64,000 bases of DNA. Origin: Acanthaster planci (Eukaryota). How positions within the stretch are numbered: position 1 is the first letter of the stretch; each line of letters opens with the position of its first letter. Where the stretch lies: assembly GCF_001949145.1 (NCBI RefSeq), contig NW_019091355.1, positions 1,238,083 to 1,302,082 on the forward strand. Direction: 5' to 3'. Below the pieces are notes generated by a model. The model was not told the DNA's origin, searched no databases, and was given only the letters and a program-made list of their open reading frames with translations. This document shows, one piece after another, positions 1 to 13,400 of this stretch. Made by a program: the position numbers and the translations under genes.

Positions 1-3
1 GTT

Positions 4-59
4 GAAAATGTCTCCGGAAATTACCCAGTGACTCATAGGGTAATTTCTCGAGACATTTC
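4..59. repeat. Short inverted repeat (~23-bp arms)
   Basis: GAAAATGTCTCCGGAAATTACCC and GGGTAATTTCTCGAGACATTTC flank AGTGACTCATA. Confidence 0.7.
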
Positions 60-1082
60 GGTGAACTTAATCTATGAAGCCAATGACCTTTGATCAAACA
101 AAGCCTGGGGAAAGCTTTCTTCTGTCGTGGTATGTTGACACTGTTTAAGGACAAACCCCATTCAAACAACTCTTCCCTCTGCAGGTGATTTGCGTTTATC
201 AAGGTCTTTGCCCATTTTCCGCGTCTTCATTGTGAAAATTCTGAACCAGCCTCCGGGTCGTGCATGTTTACTTTCGAAATTTGCCTGTGGCTTGAAATTC
301 TTTGAACGGAATAATCGCTGTTGAAACGACCACTTTTTTTTCAAAAAGTTTAGGGTTGAACAACTGCTTCGGCGTACATGACTTGCATATCGATTTTCAC
401 ATACGCCTTTCAACTCCAGGTCTTCTACCTCGTAAAGCTCAGGTGCCAATTCATCCAACCCCGTCATTGTTGTTTGCCCTTTTTGACAAGCAATAGCGCT
501 GGTAATCATCACTGAATAGTCTCACAATGGAGGCTACTTCTGACAAACACAAATCTGATTCTGTCCTTGTGGCCGGAGAGGCGTTAAATCCTTCAGTCTT
601 CCTTTGTTAGGATTTTCTCGTATTGTTGTGTCAAAGTGACGACCTCCGAGAATGATCTTGCCAGGCTGATTGGCTCGAGCAAAAAAAAATGAATAAGGGC
701 TTCATTTTGAAACTTCCTCTTCTGTACAGACAGTCTGTCTTTGAGTAAACGTTTAAGAGCTAAATTTTTGGAATTGGAATGAAAAATTCCCTTCTTAGCA
801 GAGTTTCCACAACACTCATATAGTTAATACATATAAATAAGGAAATTTCACTCCAGAAAACAGACATATCCACGTAGACAGTATAAGGTTTTTCCTTCTC
901 TTTTCAGCGAGTCGTGCATTAGGCCTAACTCAAGCAGAATCGTTGATCCACGTCACGGCCTCCCAGTAAGAGCTCAAAACACGCGCAATAGGTGGCAACA
1001 ATTTTCAATTAATATAAAAACCCTAATCGTACGCAAATTTCTCCACTAAAGTGAAATCCATGATTTATGATGGCTTTTTCAG

Positions 1083-4000
1083 GAGGTATGTAAAGTGGTC
1101 CTGGATGCGACATGTGACAATGATGACTTTCATCCGGCCATCACTCCCCTTATTCTGGCTGCTCAACGCAACAACTTCGAGGTGGTTAAGGTATTGTACA
1201 TACCGAACTACAAAGTGCACTTCCAAATAACAGAGCTCTGGCATTTGTCCGGGTTTCTCGTTACCATACAACAGTCAGTGGTGTAGCCCGGACGAGGCTC
1301 GTATCCCTCCATAAATTCCCATATTCCCAGTTACTTCCCACACACACACACCATGCATAACCCCCCAGTAATTTGCCACTTGCCGACGGAATTTCTTTTG
1401 TAAGTATGCTTTGTCCCCCGGAAAATTGTATGTATGCCCATGTATGCTGGCGCCCCTGCCACCTCCCCCCGACAAAAATCCTGACTCTGCTACTAGCTAC
1501 TATGTTGAAAAAATTCCGACGTACACATGTAAGATAATGCACTTCTTTCAGGTATCTCTGATCTGCACAATTTTATGAAACTTCTACAGATGCTGGTGAA
1601 TCTTGGAGCGACTATCGAGGTACCAAAAATCTCGGTCGGGGTTGATGTGACATTGACTCAAGCTGTCTCAACGCTGCACATCTACCGCGCCATATCGCAG
1701 CCTGCTTACCTAATGGCCACACAGTTTGATGTCATTGGCCATGCTTTTAAGGTGCAATATGACTGCTGCCTCAGAATGGCAATTTTAAAGGCCAAGAGGA
1801 ACGTAATTTAGAGAGCATTGCTTTAATGTTGGAAATGCAGATTTTAATATAGCCGTTTTGTTGCGACCTGCTCTGCTCGAAACACTGCTGTTTAAAAATA
1901 TGAATTCGGGGAAATTATTAGAAGTTTCATTGATTAAAATGAGTGATTTTACAGTAAAAGTGTGATCCAACGCTGGGCGGTTTCAAGCATGGTCACCATT
2001 CACTTTTCAGATGAGCAAGAGGCTCCGGTTCTTGGGCAAAACTTGGCAGGATTTTGGCGCCGAGTTTGACGCACTGGCGGACGCCGTGGACAAATTTGCT
2101 GCCGACCTGTTAGGCCAGTCCGCATCCACCGAGGAGGTAATTTGTTTCTCCCGTTTCGAGCCTGTATAACCAATCATTGTTTTACTGCCCGATGCAATCC
2201 CTGTCAACAGGAGACAGATAAGCAAAATCATTAAAAGCTGAGCCATCGCTCCATTAAGCGGTAATTTTTAAGGGTCAAGTGACATTGTTGTGATGTGCAT
2301 TTGGCAGGTTCTTGCGTTGTTCAGATACCACAAGACGGACCAGTACAGGGACAGAGAAGGCAGACAACATCCCCTTGCCAAAGTATCCGAAGCAATTCGC
2401 TACGAACAGAAAAATGTAAGGATATTCCGTTCTTTGTTTTATTTCAGCTCGGCATTTCACTTTTGCTCACTATTACCCGCCATGTGCCCATGCCCTTTCA
2501 GGTTTTTTTTTTAGAATGCACGTTGAAGACACGGGCTCAAGTTGCCGGGTCTTCGAAAGGCTCGTGTGGTTAGCGCAGAGTTTAACACTGCAAGTTGTGC
2601 AATATGTACTGTTAGTGCTAATGGTTTGAGTGGCATATAGATGCACGATTAAATTGTTTGTGTTGCGTGAAGGAATGTGCGTTTTGTATTTTTTTTCGAA
2701 CCGCTTCGGTAGACTTCAAACGAGTGGTGGCGAATATCCCTTACTTTCACACTGATACAAAAGCATACTTTACTGACCTTTCATTTTTGCAGTTCATAGC
2801 GCATCCTCATTCCCAAAAGGTCTTAGTGGCGCACTTCTTTCGGAACTTATTATCCTGGAATGCCAGGGGTGCTATCTACTGGGCCGTCTTGACCCTTTTC
2901 GTCCTCGTCTTTTTCCCTGCGATCTCTTTGGTGTACATCCTGTTGCCCGTTCCACGAGTCGTCCGTTTCGTCCGTATACCGTGAGTAAAATGACCCAACA
3001 TGGTATGCTGTGAGAGTCAGTGTTGAACACTACTCAACGTAAACTCGCAGAAGCTTGTTTCTCAATATGAAATGTATTTTGGTGTGATTGTGCACAGACG
3101 TGGTCTTTTTGTACAATTTGAACACACGTGAACCTCTGGGAACTTGGCGATAAACTCCCTCCACAAGTGTAGGCATCCTGTTTTTTCTCATAATAGAAGG
3201 GAGCACTGACGCACTGACTCCGTGGATGTCTGTTTTTTAACGTATTAATGCAGTGCAAGCGAAGCATTATGTGGTATGATCAACATGGTAAGATACCAAA
3301 TCTTTCGTTCCATACACACATGAGTAACGGCTGTTTGAATTGTTTTCTCAAGTTATTTCTAAAGCATCCTGGTAAGTCTCTTTCATATGAATTACCAACA
3401 TTTCATTTTCGTTCTCTGTCAGCTCATTGTCTTTCGTCAGTCGAAGGTCTTTCACCGACAAATTCAAACAGAAAGCCAAATCCTCGGAAATTCCTGCCTT
3501 TCATTAAGTTAACAGTCGTATACCTGTGACTAAATAATAGATGTCAATTTAGTTTTCAAATTCACAGCACTGGCTTGACCTCACAAAAAATCTTAGCCCT
3601 TGATTGCTTTTGTCATGTGGGGGATTTCAGTTTCATTCTTTTGGACTATATCATGAACAAGCTCGTCCTTAAAGGACCTCCCTCGACGGCCAAGCTTGAA
3701 GATAATACTAAACGTTTATTTGTTTATACCTCAGGTATGTTATGATGCTCATGAAACTAGCGTCAGATCTGGCTTTCATCGGATTGATTGTTGCTCTGGG
3801 TGTTACCGAGAGGGCGAGCGATCCCAAGCTTAGTGAAGCTCTGCGCCTCTCCGTCTTGCTTTGGAATATTGGTAAGTTTAGCAGCACCATTCTTGAGAAA
3901 ACTCCCTACATTCAATCATTTATTACTAGAAAGTAGGACATTTGGTATTTCCATCCTGATTTGGAACATTGAGAAGTTCGGCATCCTCCTGAGTATGCTA

Positions 4001-7000
4001 GGAATTCAGAAAGGTCAAGTCATTCGAGAGCAAAGCCCGCATGCAAGTCACCGTATAGCAGCGCCGCTAGGCCACCCCCTCAAATCTGTACTGGTGTTTC
4101 CCGAATGACCTGGGCTGCACTTTCTTTGGGGCATGCGTTGACGACACGCCAACAAAGCTCATTTTGAAAACATCCCTCTATTTTCACGTTGACGTCACTT
4201 CCTACATCCAGGTACGTTTTGGATGCACATCAAATTGATCTGGAGGCAGGGTGGCAGACGATTTGTGCATTACTCCACCAATATCCAAGAAGCTGTCATT
4301 GTCTCTTTGTATCTCACCATCTTCTTCTTACAGTGGGATTGGAAGATCGACGTAAGTCAGCTATTTACCAGAAAACTTCACCAAAACAAATTTTGGCTTA
4401 TAATTCCACTTCCAATTCATTGTGACCTTATAAACTTTCTGACATCCTGTATTCTTTAAGGATTTGGGAAGGTAGTAGTTAAAATTCATAACAATCCCCA
4501 GGACGATAAGGTTTTTACTTTTAGCTTCCAATATATGTAGCCTAACGTGTTTTAATACTCTTTTCCCCTAAAGCTGTCTCCAAACATACCACTCAATCGG
4601 GGCGCCCGCGCGGTGGATGATCTCACGGTCAATCAATCCAGCGCTATTCGGCAGCACGTAACGTCAGTTCTGGGCGGCCTCCAGCATAACCTGACGTCTT
4701 CAATCCAGGACGGCGTGGACTCGGTCCTCGTGAGGACCTGTCGGACTTGGCCTGCCGGTACGGGGCTCCAGCCCCCACGCCCACACCCACACCAGTGGGC
4801 CCCATTACCACCACTTTACCAGAGTATTATCAAGTACACCTTGCAGCCGACACTTACGACCCGATCCTGGTGTCTGAGGCGCTGTACGGCGTGGCCATGA
4901 TGATCTCGATCATGCGGCTGACTAATCTCCTGAAGGTCAGCTCCTCCTTAGGTCCGCTCCGCATCTCTCTAGGTTCCATGGGCCCGGACTTCCTCAAGTT
5001 CTTCGCCATCTTCTTCATCGTTTGGTTTGCCTTTGCCGTTGGCATGACGCAGAATTATTTCTCAGCAGGCAATTCGGAGAGTCAGGTCTGCCTACAGCAA
5101 GGTGGTGACGAGGCCTCCTGCAGCAATGTCGTCAAATATGCCGCGTAAGTTCTTAACGCTCGAGTTACTTAAGCAGTTCAAAGTAATTGCAAATACAAAC
5201 CTGGAGGAATTCCTGAACATCATTGGTTGTACAAAAACATCCAATCACTTGACCACATGGTTGTCTCTATTTAACATCTTTGTCACATTTGTTTATGCCC
5301 AGCTTCCCCAACTCGTTGGTGGAACTGTTCTGGACTCTTTTTGGTTTCACTGAGCTGGAAACACTGCAGTTATCATCCAATCACATCTTGGCCGAGTTCA
5401 TCGGCACCTTCTTGTATGGCTGCTATCTCGTCATCGGTGTCTTGATCCTTTTGAACGCTCTCATCGGCATGTTGTCCAACACTTACAACATCGTCGAGGT
5501 AGGTAGACCAAATTGTGGCTTCAGCTAAGACCAAATACTGCCAGTCTCCTGACGACGGAGGGAGCACTGTCCGAAACGTTGAATACCCTCCGGTTCTTTT
5601 CGAAATGAGATATCCTTGCATGGTGCTACCTCAAATCTCTATAACTTAACAAATTCAGGGTACCACCATTGGTCTAATAGTGGCGAAGTGCGAAACCCCT
5701 TCGCGAAATTTAGGCCAAAGACCTCCACGGCATTTCATGGGCCTCTCTCCACGGCCATTGGTCCCAAACAATCTGTTTAAAACAGGGCTAAGCTTGACTT
5801 GTCCAATCACAAGTGTGGGAAATATGAGTCGATCTTTGACGGTGGCATTTCCTAACTCCTTTTTGTACGAACAGGAGGATTCGGATTCGGAGTGGAAGTT
5901 TCACCGTGCTATCGTCTGGGACCTCTACCTGCATCCAGTGGGCACGCTACCGCCTCCCTTCAACCTCATCCCGTCCCTTAAGAGTCTGTGGCGCTTCCTG
6001 CGAGCTTTCCTTGGTATGTGGATCGAGTGTGCCCGGCGAGTACGCACGAATAAAGTAAGTCAACTACTCCATCGCAGCTTAATACTTGACCACTTTACCC
6101 GTTTGATGATTTCGTGAAATTAAACTTTAATTTTTCTTAGACCCCATTTTTCTCAAACTTTATACTCTTCCTCGGTGGTATGCCGCTACCCATCCAGACT
6201 CATGGATTAAAAATGGAAGAATGTGTAAAGTAGTTTACTTACTAGCGTCACGTACGGAGGCCCTTCTGTCAGTGCCACGAACTTCTAAATGGCTACTAGA
6301 CGGTTAATCTGTCTAAGAAGCAATGTCTTCGCTGATGAAGTAAAGATCAGAAACTGATTTTAACACTCAATACGAGTTTACCATGGAACATGATTATTGT
6401 TAACATAGTGCACAATCCGATCTGATTTCAGAGACACATCCACGCCAAGAATGAACTTGATGACTACTCGGTAAGTGACCAAACAACAATCCACATCGCT
6501 TTTTCAATTCTGTGGTAAATTGCGTCTGTCCCCCTTACATTATTTTTCTCATAGTTCAGTGTTACCTGACGTCTTGCTTCCTTTCTCTTGTTTGCCTGCA
6601 TCTTTTCAACGCAGTGTTTCACGGTCAACCTCGAGGATTGTCAGTTGATCGACCTATTTTTTTCTTGTTTCATTTGCAGCGAGTGATCAAGTTGATTAGC
6701 AGCCGCTACACACAGCAGAATCTCTCTGCCGAATCACAGAGCGCAGAAGCGGCGACTCACCGAGACGTAAAACAGCTCAAAAACGACCTACTGTCTTTGA
6801 GGTGAGGCTAGTCAAAATTGTTAGTATCCTCAAACCTTACGACAATTGGATTACTCGATCTTTAACCCTCGAACCACGATTGCATCCCAGTCGTGGTACA
6901 TGATGGTATTAAAATTCTCCGTCAACATCGCGGACACTAAAGCGTGTTGCAGATAACATCATCCTAGCACGTAACCTTAGTCTGGTGCCCAGGTGCTAAT

Positions 7001-7753
7001 TTAAGTGTAAGTTAATATGTGGAATTAGGAGATATATATAATGCTCCATTAGTGTGTGATTTTGGTGGTGCCGTGAGAATTGCGATATTTTAAAACTAAT
7101 TTAACACTGGGTTGAAGAATTTCCTCTCACCTTTTTCACGTCAAATGGCGTACTAGAAAATATAAACCGTCTACATTTGTGGTCAGAATTAGTTCAAAGG
7201 GTCAATTCGTAGACTTTGCACTCAGCAATTTGCTTTCCGTACTTGCAGATATTTCACCAAAGATCGTCTGAGAAAGTTCAACAAAACCTTACTCAACACT
7301 GGAGGGCAGTGTACAGGTGTGTACCAGAAACTAAACGATCTGGTTCCAACAGATATTCGGGCTGACGATCTAAACACGCAATCTGACGAACTCGCCGACC
7401 AGACTCACGAACTCAGAGAGAAGATCGACTCCTTGAATGCTGAGATTGAGCGGCTGCAAAAGTTACTCGCTGAACGGCAAGGAGGAGTGCAGGAGCTCGA
7501 ACCAGACCCAGAGCCGGACCCAGAGCCGGAACCAGAGCCGGAACCAGAGCCAGAACCAGATCAAGATCCCCTAGTGGTGCCGGGTACCAGCAAGCTAATT
7601 CATCGTCTGGCGACCATGGTGGAGCACGATATTGAATGGGGCAATGACTATCAAATTCGGAGGGAGTTGGCTGCAGCCAGTCGGCGTGCTGACGAACGCT
7701 CGGTGGGAACTCGCCTTCCGAGGCTGGATCCAAATCTGGATCCAAAGAAGTAG
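1083..7753 (+). CDS. TRPC-like transient receptor potential channel, paralog A (5'-partial; contains a 1-nt frameshift, so possibly a pseudogene or a sequencing error)
   Basis: Exons with GT-AG boundaries: 1083-1190, 1590-1751, 2011-2136, 2308-2415, 2793-2980, 3735-3871, 4212-4351, 4574-5144 (frameshift near 4738), 5303-5498, 5875-6054, 6432-6470, 6680-6801, 7249-7753. Motifs: ankyrin FHPAITPLILAAQRNNFEVV, AIRYEQKNFIAHPHSQ, S4-S5 LGPLRISLGSM, pore LFWTLFG, S6 LLNALIGMLSNTY, TRP box EWKFHR and LPPPFNLIPS. Exons 1-2 of the paralogs were not found in 1-1082. Confidence 0.9.
7499..7561 (+). repeat. Coding (EP/DP)n microsatellite in the paralog A tail
   Basis: Degenerate GAR/GAY-CCN hexamers encoding EPDPEPDPEPEPEPEPEPEPD. 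Confidence 0.9.
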
Positions 7754-10478
7754 TTTATCTCTGGTTTCAAATAACAGCAACCAGGATATACTTACCTACG
7801 CACGATGTTATGTACAGCCAATTTGAATCAGATTTGCAGTTTTGCATAAATTCCTCACAGTCCAGGTTAAGCTTGAAAATTGAAACATTCTCATTAATTT
7901 TTGCTGGCTATTTTCCAGAGTTGTAGTGCATCTGCCAAAACCTTTATCCGCTGGGAAATAATTTTACAAAAGTTGGTGGGAAAAGGGATTTATCTACTTC
8001 CAACGTACAATATATCCGAGATAGGTAAATGCTTTACTTTGGTAGGTCCAGTACTTTCATTGTTGACTTGATAAAAGCCTTTTGATTGAAGTAAATATCG
8101 ACTCACTGATATTTCAAATACTTCCAAGGTTAATTTCCACAGGATTGACAAGTACTGTCCTTTAATCCTAAATAGATGAAAAATGCTGTCTTTTAGGCCT
8201 AAGTAAAACTGTGTGTCTGAGAGAAAGTGCCTCGAAATCATGAAAGAAATTCCGATTTACATCTGTTAGAGCCTCAAAACAAATGTAAACATTAATTATG
8301 TGTGGAGAGTTATGATTGGTTAAACATCCACACAAAATTGATAGTGATTCTTTGGGATGATTTGACCTCAATTTCTGCTATAAAGCCTAGCTTTAGAAAT
8401 AGGCTGAGGTGAAGAAATCATAACTACGGCTCATGTATTAGAGCCCCGATTGCTCTTTGGTGCATCCTGGAACTTAATCAGCAAAATAAAATTTATTACG
8501 ATCTGTGTAGGTTGGTCGGATGACCATTGGGACTATGCTTTTGTACACTTTTGCTTTGCATAAACTTGGTTACCAGCCAACCTATCACGACGTGATGCGT
8601 TGGTCATTGCTTGGAACAGATTCTCAAGCTCTCAGTATTTGTGGGTGTTCGGCTGTGTGTTATTCGAAATCACCACAAGACCAGACGCAAAACCAGTCAC
8701 AGGACCACTCACAAGCGACAAGATAAATAATGACTAGTTGTTCAGTTTGAGTAGCTTGTGACTTGAATTGAGACTGGAGGTCTTGTGTTGGTCTTGTAGG
8801 GGTTCAAGTCTAGAGTTTCGTGACGGTACTGTAGGCATAAATCTTTGAGGAGGACGAAGGAGTAAAAACGTAGTATTATGGCTGTTGAGATGCTAGCTTG
8901 TTTTAGCTGTCCTAGCCTTATGTGATTCTCATTTCATAAAATAAATATTTGACGATACATTAGAATTAAATGTGCCATGTTTCAGACCATTTAAAAGCAC
9001 GTTATTGAGAATTAAATCCTTTTCGCCAACTGTGGGTAAACGTTACGATTAATTACTTTCTCCGTAACGATTTAATCTAACGATAATTGTTTCCCCAACA
9101 AAATGTTCCCAACATATTTCCACGTAGTTGTGTCGTATCGTTGGTAGTTTATTGCTGAGGTTTCCAACTCGGCTACGTCTCTGTGTGAATCTATCAAACC
9201 CGAGTGGGATTTTCGATAAAGATGTCAACACTAAATGAAAATTTACTTCATCTTTGTGACGACAACATGGCCTTTTAGGCGTCTACCAAAATATGACTTC
9301 ATGTTGAGCCAAAAACTTTAGAATTGGATGGGAAAAGAAATCACAGGAAGTTAGAAAAAAGACAAATTCTTATTTTGACCCCCCATCACCACACTGTGAG
9401 AAGCAGTGAAATACATAAGACTTACGCACAACTCGTTCTTGTCACGGAGTGGTCACTTTAGAGCGTAGCTTGATGACGACGGCACGTAAACGACATCGCA
9501 GGCGCCTCCAATTAGTCAAAAGATCGTTGGCCATTTCTGAAAGTGTTTTTGTTTTGGGTGAATAATTAAAAATGTAATTGGTATACCCCCCGAAAATTGA
9601 AAAGAAACTGAAAGATTAGTGACCGAGTAATAATTAAATTTTTGTGTGAGACACCCCAGGGATGTTGGCTTGCATGTTATTGAGCTCTGAAGAATGGTGA
9701 TTTGACACCGTTTTCAATGGGGCTTGAATTAGTGGACTGTACCATAGGAATATCAGTAGGAGCCCTTAATCGGTAGCAGTCCGGTTAGTTCAAACATGAG
9801 GGACCCCGCACAGTGTTCCGGGGCTAAATACAAAGCCCAAACCTGTTTGCAGCCGAACTTTGAGAAAGTGCAATTGTTTTGTTTGAAGTTGAAGAATGGA
9901 GTTCATGCATTTGGAGGGATTTGAAAACACAAATTTGCTCGAAAATACCGCGGAATTGACCACTTTCAACTTATCAGTTAGCTGCATACTTCCCTGTCAA
10001 TGAAACAAATCCTGGCGCCTCTGTTGCGTATAAAGATATGGCCTTTGTATTGCAGAAGTCCAGAAATGCAAAGGCCACCAATGGCTGGTTGGCAGCTGGC
10101 TCTTTACTTTGACGCAATCATTCTTTTATTCTCTTTCTAAGACCTTCCTAAGATAAGTCAGCCAACCGTAGAGACTAGTATTGTACCGAGCTCTTTCATT
10201 GTGCAGCTGTGCCATCCGGGCTTTTGTGGTGTCTTGCTCGGTGCTTAGTTTCTTGGCCTTCCAGGCAACCGCACCTTAATCGTGGTTATCTCTGAGATTT
10301 TGTGATTTGCAATCGACCAGAAGTGTTGTTACATTCTGAATTTGGTTTGTACCTTCTTGCAACTTGGAGAAATGTGTACTGCTGACGACATCGAGAAGTA
10401 ATTCATACTTTGATGTCTCGATCTGTCTAGAATCCGACTGTAATCGTATAAAAGAAAGTAAAAAACAGCGTTGCCAAG

Positions 10479-13400
10479 ATGGACGAGGCGTTCGAATTTG
10501 AAGTTATGGAGAAAGGCAGCCCTAAGACGAACCGGAGTGTCTTCAGCAGGAAGCCGGACGGGAGTATGGGGGATCTGACACCGCCGGGTGAGGTGTGCCT
10601 TAGCGAGGAGATGGACCGCTACGAGGAGGTGAAAGGGATGGTCGAGACGGGCAACGGACAGAAACTGAACGCGTTGCTGGAAGAGTGGAAGGAGAGAGGT
10701 TGGCTGCGAGATTGGCGGGACGAGGAGAACTTGACGTTGTATGCTAACCCCATTACAGATTCCTTCCTGGGTAAGCTAAGTTTAAATAAAAATAGAGGGT
10801 AAAAAGGAGGCAGGACATTAACCCTCCCCTAGAAACTATGCATGGCAAAAATAGAAAAGGGAAAAGAAAAAGGCACATGTACATGTACTAACAAGAGATG
10901 GATAGAGTTCCATACACTGACACCACTTATATTTTTTCCAAAGTTGTATATCAGCCCAAAAAGTTAAACATGTTTATTAAAAGTTAAATTTAGCAGTGAA
11001 AATATCGAAGGTAGCCCATAAGGCGTGTGCTATTGGGGGAATTTTGTTTGTGTTGATAGACTATATGTGTGGTATGCACTAATCCTAATCCTCATCCTAA
11101 AGCCGCGGCTGTGGACGGCTCCCGGTATGAAGGGGTAAATTAAAACTTGTTTCAGCTTGTTGGGATCTTGGTGAGTGCAGTTCATTATTCAGCTTGAAGT
11201 CTTTCAATGCACATGCACAAGCCTTAGAGAAGATCGTTATGCCTGACTGCTTCAATGTATTCTTGCTAAAAGATGGGTTGCTGTGGGCATCAGTAAATAG
11301 TATGGTTACGTCACACAAATCACGGGTGAGCAGTTGTAATGAAAACGTTAATCTGCAAGAAAGGTAAAGGATGGCCGGAGATTTGAGTCTTTTCAAAATG
11401 CACTCGTCTACTGTACAGTTTTTGTAGGTTTTCCCTCCAAAGTTTGGACGTGTGTGATGAAACAAGAAGGCTCTAAAACCCCTTTTCACAACCATAGAAA
11501 GTAAAATCCCGAGCAATATGCAGTTTATGAACTTCATTGCAAAATCCCGAGGCTTAAATTAATAGAAAGTAAATTCAGCGACCTCATCCAAGGTACATGT
11601 ACTTCCAGTGGATGGCTCATTCTAAAAAAGTGGCGTCCAAAAGACATGTTTGTGTCTCTGTTACACCTGACCTGTGCTATCTGACATCGAAATATCATTG
11701 AAATTAATCTGTTTAGCAATTTGCATTTCTTAATCACTCTTGGAAAATAAAGAACTTGAAGAAAAGATTTAAACTAACCAAAAGATTTGCCTCTGTATTT
11801 TGTAGCATGATACTTGCTTGAATTCTTACTCTCTCTCTTCACAGATGTCATCATTACGTTACTGAAGTACGAAATACCACTTGGAGATGCCCTGATTCGT
11901 GCAATTGACGTGGAATACGAGGACGCAGTCAAAGCAATATGTCAATACTTGTCAACAAACGAGGTAAGACTGGTTTGTCAGGTTAGCTTCGGATTGGACT
12001 CGCTTTTGCTTTGGTTAGTTTTGATTTTGTTTTATTCTTTGTTTAAGTTTGGTTATTATATAACAATTTGTCAAAAAAAACCCAAAAAAACTCACGGATA
12101 TAAGATTCATAAGAGGCCGTCCATAAAGTATGTAGGCACGAAAGGGTGTTGGTGCCGTTGCGTACACCATGCGTACAGTGCGAGAGGGGGTTCAAGCCAG
12201 ACTATTTTATTTTTTTTCAAATGTGGTGTAATACTGGCGTATCCCCTTGCTCTAATTGATAGGGGTGTCTGGAGGTCACCACAACCCTCTTGATGGTCAA
12301 GTGCAGAAAAATGATGACGTAATGCATTTAGATACTTACGATACTCGAAAAAAGTTGAGGACCACTTTTTTCTTAATTAGTAAATTTTTTCCAAGCAATG
12401 AGTGGGATCTAGTTCTTTCATTTTTTGTTTGTCTAGATGGTGTTCTGATTGGAATAAAAAATAACAGATGTTTCAAACTTCAAATGCAAATTTTCAGCAG
12501 TAAAATATCTCAAATAAAAAGTATACACAAGATAAAAAGTGGTACATAGCTTTTTCGAGTAGTGAATTATCTCAATTTTAAATATTCTAAATGTAAAGTG
12601 GCATTACTTTCTGGCAAACTTTCATTTTGTTGGTATTTGTTTTACTCTTGGGTTCCGAAAATGAAAACTTAAACTCTTTTTCAATTCAAAATGCATTGCC
12701 GATGCGTGACTACAGTCTGTTTTTTCTGTACATCTAACCGAATAGGATATCTGCAGAGAGGTTCTGGCTGCTTCCTGTGATAACGATGATTTCCATCCTG
12801 CTCTGACGCCTTTGGTGTTGGCTGCACAGAAGAACAGCTACAACATTGTCATGGTACATTTTCCACCTTATGTACAGTCTCATCCAATTTTCGTTGTTGC
12901 ACCAGAATTCTTTGGACATGTCGCCATTTTTCTTTTCTGTCGTTCCCTGCGACGCAGCAACGCGACGCACACATGGGTTTTTTCACATGTGATCCTCTTA
13001 CATTTTAATGGTCTTAAGATGCCCTTTACCTTTTGCACGTTCGTTTGCGCATACATACTTCAAAAGCTTTCTCCAACAAGCAAACTGTCATTCGAACTGG
13101 CGAATCTTATATCGCATTACCTGATCAACTATTGCACACTCCAATATTCCTTTAAAGGCCCTTCAAATTTCCCTATTTGCGTTCATCCTGCGATCCATTT
13201 CCCTATCACCAGCTGCTCTTGGATCTTGGAGCCGAGATCCACGAGCCCACGATATCCCTGGGCGGCGAGGTGACCCTGACTCAGGCCATATCCACCCTGC
13301 ACCTCTACCGCGCCCTCTCCCAGCCTGCCTACATCCTGGCCACCCAGACGGACGTGTTCGGCTATGCCTTCGCCATGACGGCCAAACTCCAGTCTCTGAG

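Noticed and set aside
1276..1500. Possible degenerate transposon remnants in TRP introns (CAGTGGTGTAGCC at 1276; GGCCGTCCATAAAGTA near 12115)
   Set aside because: They resemble common transposon ends, but I could not support matching termini or second copies within the window.
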